Assembly (NCBI GenBank): GCA_025349965.1
Contig: CP075337.1
Location: forward strand, 480,001 to 512,000
Origin: Candidatus Saccharimonadota bacterium
GTDB taxonomy: Bacteria > Patescibacteriota > Saccharimonadia > Saccharimonadales > Saccharimonadaceae
DNA: 32,000 bases
Reading direction: 5' to 3'
The notes beneath the pieces are model-generated. The model ran no database searches. It saw only the letters and a list, made by a program, of their open reading frames with translations, and was not told where the DNA came from. The stretch's first letter is position 1; the number at the start of each line of letters is the position of its first letter. Of the stretch, positions 26,470 through 32,000 are shown one piece after another. Made by a program: the position numbers and the translations under genes.

Positions 26470-26634
26470 TTGTATAACAACGCCGCAACCAATACGCTCG
26501 CTGTTACCGGTGGAGTGGGGTCGATCTACATCGGCTGGTGGGCCGTGGCCGCTGCTGTCGTGGGGATTACCATCCTTGTGATCATGCGGCACCAGGCGCT
26601 GCGCAAGCGACGCCTGATGTTGACCGGCAAGTGA
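26470..26634 (+). CDS. Unlisted 54-aa micro-ORF: single-TM peptide resembling an isolated LAxTG sorting signal
   Basis: AAGGAG at 26459..26464, 5 nt, then TTG 26470. Translation: (M)YNNAATNTLAVTGGVGSIYIGWWAVAAAVVGITILVIMRHQALRKRRLMLTGK, stop TGA at 26632..26634. It has the same GC-rich composition as the GT2 gene, is in the same frame, and is separated from it by TAA plus 12 codons. Confidence 0.4.
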   Translation: MYNNAATNTLAVTGGVGSIYIGWWAVAAAVVGITILVIMRHQALRKRRLMLTGK

Positions 26635-26638
26635 TATC

Positions 26639-26679
26639 ATTCTGGTGGAGCGGCCGCACATGCTCCGCTCCACCAGAAT
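26639..26679 (+). terminator. Perfect 15-bp stem hairpin without a U-tract at the end of the GC-rich segment
   Basis: ATTCTGGTGGAGCGG (26639..26653), an 11-nt loop, CCGCTCCACCAGAAT (26665..26679). No T-run follows. Confidence 0.5.
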
Positions 26680-26743
26680 ACCCACAAAATTCTATAGGTT
26701 AATTGTCATGTCTACACATCGCCGTAACGGGGGATGTTTTTTA

Positions 26744-26778
26744 TTACAAAAAACACCGCCATGAAAGCGGTGTTTTAT
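26744..26778 (-). terminator. Intrinsic terminator of rpmE
   Basis: AAAACACCGC-catgaaa-GCGGTGTTTT at 26750..26776. On the minus strand the stem runs into a TTTTTT tract. Confidence 0.65.
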
Positions 26779-26795
26779 TTATATGCCCAGTCGGA

Positions 26796-27116
26796 CTACT
26801 TGTCAGACTTCTTAGCCTTGTTTGCAGCGGCCTTCTTAGCCTTATTTGCAAGTGCCTCACGTCGAGCTTCTGCGGCAGCAAAGCGGTTCTTGAAGCGGTC
26901 AACACGCCCTTCGGTGTCGATAATCTTCTCTTCACCAGTAAAGAATGGGTGAGATGCACTTGAGATGTGAATCTTTACAAGTGGGTACTCGTTGCCGTCT
27001 TCCCATTTAATTGTTTCGTTGGTTTGTGCTGTTGACTGAGTCAAGAACGCAAAACCGGCGACGTCATCGCTAAATACGACGGGCCTGTAGTCGGTTGGAT
27101 GTAAATTGCTCTTCAT
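26796..27116 (-). CDS. rpmE: 50S ribosomal protein L31, type B (no Zn-binding CxxC), with Ala/Lys-rich C-terminal extension
   Basis: [15 protein letters not shown]...[24 protein letters not shown] is the L31 type B core. The extra tail is [27 protein letters not shown]. Confidence 0.92.
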   Translation of the reverse strand: MKSNLHPTDYRPVVFSDDVAGFAFLTQSTAQTNETIKWEDGNEYPLVKIHISSASHPFFTGEEKIIDTEGRVDRFKNRFAAAEARREALANKAKKAAANKAKKSDK

Positions 27117-27159
27117 AATCTGATTTATTGTATCTTAAAATTGCCGTCTTGTAAAGGGG

Positions 27160-27168
27160 TGGTACACT
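27160..27168 (+). promoter_or_regulatory. Extended -10 box TGgTACACT, 6 nt upstream of ATG 27175 (leaderless-type)
   Basis: Read directly: TTGCCG (27141..27146), 16 nt, TACACT, aagtat, ATG. Confidence 0.55.
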
Positions 27169-27174
27169 AAGTAT

Positions 27175-27684
27175 ATGAACCTCCTCCTTCTCCCTGGAAA
27201 TAGTCCACGGCACGCCGGGTGGGTTAAAGCGCTCAAAAACGCCATGAAACCCCACACAGATGCAATCGAAGCACACCAGTATCATCACTGGGAAACCGGA
27301 GAAGAGTGGGCGGATATTCCAACGGAAATCGCGGCGGCGGCCGCAAAAGTCGTGCCGCTCAAGCCATATACCATCATCGCCAAGTCTATTGGCACCGCCA
27401 TTGCCATTCGCGGCACCGCAGAGGGGATGTTTTCGCCAGAAAAGATTATCTTGCTTGGCGTACCCATTGAAGGCGAGAGTATTGATGAACAATTCATGAA
27501 ATCACTCAAAAAAATCACCGAACCTATTGTGATTATTCAAAACACAAATGACCCATACGGAGCATTTGAGAACGTCAAAACAAAGCTAAAGAGTGTTAAT
27601 CCAACTATTACTTATATTGAGACACCTGGTGATTCACACGACTATTTAGATTTTGAGCTTATCGCTAAGCAACTTACGCGCTAA
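27175..27684 (+). CDS. Small alpha/beta hydrolase (YdeN/RBBP9-like serine hydrolase fold)
   Basis: 169 aa. LLLPGNS, nucleophile-elbow-like AKSIG, NTNDP (Asp) and GDSHDY (His) occur in the expected order. Confidence 0.55.
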   Translation: MNLLLLPGNSPRHAGWVKALKNAMKPHTDAIEAHQYHHWETGEEWADIPTEIAAAAAKVVPLKPYTIIAKSIGTAIAIRGTAEGMFSPEKIILLGVPIEGESIDEQFMKSLKKITEPIVIIQNTNDPYGAFENVKTKLKSVNPTITYIETPGDSHDYLDFELIAKQLTR

Positions 27685-27694
27685 GCGCGAAGAA

Positions 27695-28492
27695 TTAGTT
27701 ACCACCGCCGCCCGAGGCACCACCCGCACCGCTGCCACCCGCAGAAGCACTACCAACACCGCCACCATCTATAGCGCTTGAAGCACCACCGTCATCAGCA
27801 GCCGGCTCTGGCGTATCATCGTTATCCCAATCAACTTGATCAGCAAAGACGTCCCATACGGCAAGTTCATCATTAGTTAATGATTGCGCTTGATCTACAG
27901 CAGCTTTCACGTCGTCGGCAGAAATAGTAACACGCTGTGCTTGGCTAAGTAGCGGAGCCCCCGCCTTCTGGGTAAGGAATGTTTCGGCAGCAACACGTTG
28001 TGCAGGGGAGAGCGAAATACCCTGACTCTTTATATAGAGCGTAATCGCGGAGCGTACCATTGCTGTATACGAATCGCCGACACGTGCCACGAAAATATAC
28101 TGCTTTGGCGCCACCGTAACAGCTTTTTCTTGAGATTTGACAGTCTCTTTTTCGGAAGCCTCTTTCTTCGTAGGTTGAGCGTCCTCCGTCTTCTTTTCAT
28201 TTACAGCATCGGCTTCGCCATCAACCGTCACGCCCCCGGCAACCTCTGGGGCAATAGTAAGAGGCTTTTTCTTTTCGACAGTCGAAAGCTCCTCAGCAGG
28301 ACCATCAATAGAAGTGCTGGCAATAGTCTTTTGAACGGTGTCAACTTGAGCAATGCTCGACTCGGCAACAGTAGGGCGAACAAGAACAAAAACAAGGAGC
28401 GCTACAAATGCTACACCCGTTACGGATGCAAAGGCAATCTGCGCCTTCCTAGGCAGAATAGGCACCTTAGTCTTTCCCTCTCTTACTTTCAT
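27695..28492 (-). CDS. Hypothetical membrane-anchored protein with acidic region and Gly/Ser/Ala-rich C-terminal tail
   Basis: I prefer ATG 28492 (MKVREGKTKV...) because TGcTACACT (28508..28500, minus strand) ends 7 nt upstream. TM IAFASVTGVAFVALLVFVLV. Tail GGASSAIDGGGVGSASAGGSGAGGASGGGGN. Confidence 0.6.
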   Translation of the reverse strand: MKVREGKTKVPILPRKAQIAFASVTGVAFVALLVFVLVRPTVAESSIAQVDTVQKTIASTSIDGPAEELSTVEKKKPLTIAPEVAGGVTVDGEADAVNEKKTEDAQPTKKEASEKETVKSQEKAVTVAPKQYIFVARVGDSYTAMVRSAITLYIKSQGISLSPAQRVAAETFLTQKAGAPLLSQAQRVTISADDVKAAVDQAQSLTNDELAVWDVFADQVDWDNDDTPEPAADDGGASSAIDGGGVGSASAGGSGAGGASGGGGN

Positions 28493-28617
28493 TATCACTA
28501 GTGTAGCAGAGGAAGGGCTGTCAATAAAAGCATATTCGCCATCCATTTTCAAAGTCATTAACAGGGGCAAGGTATTTACATTTTGTCAAATTTGTTGTAT
28601 GATGAAATAATATACCA

Positions 28618-29517
28618 ATGCAAAAACAAAGGGAAGTGTTAATGCAAGAAATTAATCTGTATGATTTAATGCGCTACTACGCAAAAAACTGGCTCAACTT
28701 ACTAGGTGCGTTGTTTGTAGGCGCGATTATCGGAGTAGCCTACACGGGCCTTATCCAAACGCCGCTTTACAAGAGTGAAGCAACCATGATTGTCACCGGT
28801 CGCACAAGCGCTGCCGACACCACTACTAATAATAACTACGCCGAACTATTCAAGTCACGCCTTGTACTTGAAACAGTTGTGCGCGAAAAGGGCTATAACG
28901 GCAGCTACGAACAGCTTCTTGCTCGTACAACAGCAGTAACCGACAAGAATACCGACGTTCTCAAGGTATCTATTGCCGACCCAGACCCAAAGACAAGCCA
29001 GCTACTTTTGACCGCATCCGTTGATACGTTCAAAGAACGCGCTAGCAACATCTTTAAGAACTCTGAAAATATTAAAAGCGTTGACACCGCCAGCCTTCCA
29101 AGCAAACCGTTTAACGTTAAAACAGTTATGCAGGTTGGACTTGCTATGGCAGCCACTTTCTTTGCGGCAATCATTGCACTATTCTTCGTTTACGACTACA
29201 AAAATAGCAACCCAGCACGCACCCGTGCAACTGAAAAACGCGCTAAGAAAACTTCCCGCCAAGCAAAGAAAAATAACACTTCTACCACTGATACTGATGC
29301 AAAAAAGGCAACAGTTTCTTCCCGAACAAAAAATGTGAACACTCCCGCAGCGGACGCAGTAGAAGATGAGCTTTGGGCTGTTGAAGAAAATGCAACAGAT
29401 GATGAAGAAATCGTTGCTGCGGCGCAGCCAAAAAAGGCCTCAAAGCAGTCTGGTAAAAAGCCGGAAAAGGCTTCAAAGCGCGGCAAGAAGGCTGGAAAAA
29501 GCGCTACCAAAAAATAG
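28618..29517 (+). CDS. Wzz/CpsC-like polysaccharide chain-length determinant protein with Lys-rich C-terminal tail
   Basis: INLYDLMRYYAKNWLNLLGALFVGAIIGVAY...PLYKSEATMIV is a Wzz N-terminal pattern, with a second TM GLAMAATFFAAIIALFFVY. Alternative start ATG 28642, with AGGGAAG upstream. Confidence 0.75.
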   Translation: MQKQREVLMQEINLYDLMRYYAKNWLNLLGALFVGAIIGVAYTGLIQTPLYKSEATMIVTGRTSAADTTTNNNYAELFKSRLVLETVVREKGYNGSYEQLLARTTAVTDKNTDVLKVSIADPDPKTSQLLLTASVDTFKERASNIFKNSENIKSVDTASLPSKPFNVKTVMQVGLAMAATFFAAIIALFFVYDYKNSNPARTRATEKRAKKTSRQAKKNNTSTTDTDAKKATVSSRTKNVNTPAADAVEDELWAVEENATDDEEIVAAAQPKKASKQSGKKPEKASKRGKKAGKSATKK

Positions 29518-29689
29518 GAAAGTGTGTTAAAATAGTCTTAAATTACGTGTACCGTTTTCTTAAAACATTTTGACTTACAGCACACCAGCAGTACACACAG
29601 GAACAACGCCAAAAGCGGCACACTCCTACGGCAACACCACACGTTGCGAAATAAATTAATTATTAACTTAAAGAAAAGTTTGGATAACC

Positions 29690-30319
29690 ATGTACGAACG
29701 TTTCATTAAACGAACGCTAGATTTTGCTGGGGCAAGTTTTCTGCTCATTATCACAAGTCCTGTGTTTATAGCCATTACCATTATTGTCAAGCTCACCAGC
29801 CGCGGACCAGCAATTTTTAAGCAGGAGCGTACCGGCCTTAATGGCGAACTTTTTACCATGCGAAAATTCCGCAGTATGGCAAAAGACAACGATGTGCACG
29901 ACGCTAAGAGTGGCGATAAAGTAACAAAGGTCGGCAAGATTCTCCGAGCCACGTCACTTGATGAGCTTCCACAACTTATTAATGTCCTGCGCGGCGACAT
30001 GTCATTCATTGGGCCACGCCCATGGATTCCGACCTACTATGAGCACATGAACTTAGAACAACGCCGCCGTAACAACGTTCGCCCAGGCATCACCGGTCTT
30101 GCACAGGCATACGGTCGCAACAACCTTAGCATTCACGAAAAAATCAACTACGATGTTGAATACGTTGACAACATGTCACTTCGTGGGGATCTTAAGGTTA
30201 TTTTTGTGACCGTGAAAACACTCTTTGACCACGAAGCTCACGAGCTCGGCAAGGGTGGGATTCATGAGGAGCTGGATGTTTTGCGAAGCCAGAATGGAAA
30301 CGAACTAGCTCGAGGGTAA
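29690..30319 (+). CDS. Polyprenyl-phosphate sugar phosphotransferase (small bacterial sugar transferase, WbaP C-terminal/EpsL type), priming enzyme
   Basis: KRTLDFAGASFLLIITSPVFIAITIIVKLTSRGPAIFKQERTG.NG..F...KFRSM and DELPQLINVLRGDMSFIGPRP. Confidence 0.9.
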   Translation: MYERFIKRTLDFAGASFLLIITSPVFIAITIIVKLTSRGPAIFKQERTGLNGELFTMRKFRSMAKDNDVHDAKSGDKVTKVGKILRATSLDELPQLINVLRGDMSFIGPRPWIPTYYEHMNLEQRRRNNVRPGITGLAQAYGRNNLSIHEKINYDVEYVDNMSLRGDLKVIFVTVKTLFDHEAHELGKGGIHEELDVLRSQNGNELARG

Positions 30320-30321
30320 TC

Positions 30322-31401
30322 ATGAAGATTGTCTATGTCATTAACTCTATAAAAAACAGTGGCCCGAATCAAGTAGTGGAGGCTATGGTTAATGGGATTA
30401 GTGATCGAAATGATGTAATAGTAGTAGCCTTCTTCGGTCCTAACGATAGTGCTGGCGCAGAGCGTTTAAGGAGAGTAGGAGCGAAGGTCGTAGTACTGGG
30501 AGTTTCCAAGCGCCACATAATAACCAAGGGCACTCGTAGACTCAGGGCCTACCTAGAGGGGTGCGGCGTGAGTGTTATACACTCTCATGGGATTCTTTCT
30601 GATATTGCGGTTGCAAGGTCTGGATTTGGCCAGAAGGCGCTGACGACAATTCATAACAATATGCCGGCAGACTACAAGAGTACATTCGGACCTATTAAAG
30701 GTCTGCTATATACAACACTTCACTTGCTGTACTTAAGGAGAATTAGGCTAGCTGTCTGCTGTTCCAAGGATGGAATGAAGGCGATTCGGCCGTTTGTAAG
30801 AAGGGTAACTTTTATCCATAACGGGTATGGTAGTGAATCGACGCAAGAAAGCGTATCGATACGAGATGAAATTCGAGCCACCATGGGTATTAAACCGAGC
30901 GATAGGGTGTATCTTTACATAGGTCGATTATCTAAGAGGAAAAATATAAAGGAACTTATTCTCAATTTTAGGGTAAGTAGATCTGCAAATGAGCATCTCA
31001 TTATTGTTGGCGACGGTGAAGAGTATGAGTACTGCGTAGAAAATGCCGGAGATGGTATCCATGTTGTTGGATTTAAAGACAATGTAGAAGACTATCATAG
31101 AGTATCGGATGTGTATGTCTCGGCTTCATTGTCAGAGGGATTCTCAATTTCTATAATAGAGGCTCTTAGCAAAGGATTGTACTTGTTACTATCTGATATC
31201 CCATCTCACAGAGAAGTGATAGATATCGATCCGTCAAAGTATATCGGTACGATATTTAGTAACGGTAATTTTTCCGCCAAGAAAGATGAGTTGGTCAAAA
31301 GCATGGGCACGAGGCTTACGCCCGTAAACTATCATCAAAAGTACTTAACACAAGAGGTTATGATGAGGCAGTACGAAAAGTTGTACAAAGGTGTGTTATA
31401 G
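30322..31401 (+). CDS. Glycosyltransferase family 4
   Basis: GT-B layout. YIGRLSKRKN and SLSEGFSISIIEALSKG (EX7E). GAGGG SD 6 nt upstream. GC is lower, about 43% in a hand-counted line. Confidence 0.85.
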   Translation: MKIVYVINSIKNSGPNQVVEAMVNGISDRNDVIVVAFFGPNDSAGAERLRRVGAKVVVLGVSKRHIITKGTRRLRAYLEGCGVSVIHSHGILSDIAVARSGFGQKALTTIHNNMPADYKSTFGPIKGLLYTTLHLLYLRRIRLAVCCSKDGMKAIRPFVRRVTFIHNGYGSESTQESVSIRDEIRATMGIKPSDRVYLYIGRLSKRKNIKELILNFRVSRSANEHLIIVGDGEEYEYCVENAGDGIHVVGFKDNVEDYHRVSDVYVSASLSEGFSISIIEALSKGLYLLLSDIPSHREVIDIDPSKYIGTIFSNGNFSAKKDELVKSMGTRLTPVNYHQKYLTQEVMMRQYEKLYKGVL

Positions 31402-32000
31402 TGAAAAGTTTTTCGGTATTAACCTCCGTGTATTACAAGGAAAAACCTGAATATCTTAAGGCTGCCCTAGACAGTATCTTTAGCCAATCACTGCTTCCAA
31501 ATGAGGTAGTGCTCGTTAAGGACGGACCACTCGGTGATGAGCTAGAGGCTGTTATTGATGAATCGATTAAAAAACACGCCGAAACCTCTTTTGTAGTAGT
31601 TGAGCTAGGGCAGAATGTGGGTCTTGGTGAAGCTTTAAATAAGGGCCTTGAGAGAGTTAGCTCTGAATATGTTATGCGAGTCGACACGGATGACATATCC
31701 CTTCCGAATAGATTTGATAGGCAAATGCGTTTTCTAGACGCACACCCCGAGGTATCGATACTAGGCAGTAATATTGATGAGTATGATGAAGATATGCTTC
31801 GCAAGTTATCAGTTCGAGAGGTGCCACAAAGTCATGATGAGATAGTTAATTTTATGAAAGGCCGTAATGCGTTTAATCATATGGCTGTGGTCTTTAAGAA
31901 ATCTGCGATTATAAGGGTTGGTCAATACCAACCATGCCCCTTCTTTGAGGATTATTATCTATGGCTAAGAGTATTGTCAGCCGGTGGTAAATTTCATAAT
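31401..32000 (+). CDS. Glycosyltransferase family 2, 3' partial (runs off the window)
   Basis: Absent from the track because no stop lies in the window. GTG 31401 overlaps the upstream stop (taGTG). Hand translation: VKSFSVLTSVYYKEKPEYLKAALDSIFSQSLLPNEVVLVKDGPLG...VMRVDTDDISLPNRF...EDYYLWLRVL, a classic GT-A/GT2 N-terminal domain with a DxD motif. Confidence 0.85.
   Translation, partial: MKSFSVLTSVYYKEKPEYLKAALDSIFSQSLLPNEVVLVKDGPLGDELEAVIDESIKKHAETSFVVVELGQNVGLGEALNKGLERVSSEYVMRVDTDDISLPNRFDRQMRFLDAHPEVSILGSNIDEYDEDMLRKLSVREVPQSHDEIVNFMKGRNAFNHMAVVFKKSAIIRVGQYQPCPFFEDYYLWLRVLSAGGKFHN

Noticed and set aside
25990-26685. 231-aa minus-strand ORF spanning the GT2 3' end, the micro-ORF and the hairpin. 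Also ORFs 25422..25772 and 25435..25860 on the minus strand.
   Set aside because: They are antisense to the GT2 gene, which has DxD and QxxRW motifs. They show no motif, start signal or SD, and are GC-rich-sequence artefacts.
31433-31804. 123-aa minus-strand ORF at the right edge.
   Set aside because: It is antisense to the hand-translated GT2 gene (31401..32000), which has a DxD motif and a start overlapping the upstream stop.
1-32000. Possible alternative genetic code (UGA recoded, as in some CPR lineages).
   Set aside because: Recognisable genes are full length under the standard code. Several end in TGA, for example 6762..7262 and the micro-ORF. I saw no conserved gene interrupted by in-frame TGA.

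Overview
The window is a mostly housekeeping and cell-envelope chromosomal segment from a small-genome bacterium using the standard genetic code. Gene content suggests Candidatus Saccharibacteria / Patescibacteria (CPR), but that placement is an inference, not a search result. The supporting content is a sortase, a PEGA protein, DUF3048, a PilX-like giant repeat protein, Lys/Ala/Pro-rich tails, L31 type B, and many -10 boxes directly abutting start codons.

Recognisable core genes are smpB, xth, gltX, prfA-prmC, rpmE, tRNA-Leu(CAA) and tRNA-Glu(CUC). There is also a histidine kinase with a stand-alone receiver, a CsoR/RcnR-like repressor with a DUF4396 membrane protein, and a polysaccharide locus at the right edge (Wzz-like, priming phosphotransferase, GT4, GT2). 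I saw no rRNA, CRISPR array, transposase or integrase.

The most notable points are:
- **Unlisted giant ORF.** A minus-strand ORF of at least 1265 aa (1..3795) is absent from the supplied track because it has no stop inside the window. It fuses a PilX-like minor-pilin N-terminus to about 20 RCC1-type repeats of 165 bp. The promoter-distal repeats look homogenised.
- **GC-rich insertions.** Three short GC-rich single-gene or mini-operon segments carry canonical Shine-Dalgarno sites, unlike many AT-richer neighbours that look leaderless. One encodes a processive GT2 followed by an unlisted 54-aa micro-ORF resembling a bare LAxTG sorting signal.
- **Leaderless layout.** TGnTAnnnT extended -10 boxes recur 6-7 nt upstream of ATG codons.
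- **Metal-sensor operator.** A CsoR-type operator sits exactly in a promoter spacer.

Two ORFs running off the window edges (1..3795 minus, 31401..32000 plus) are missing from the track and were read by hand.
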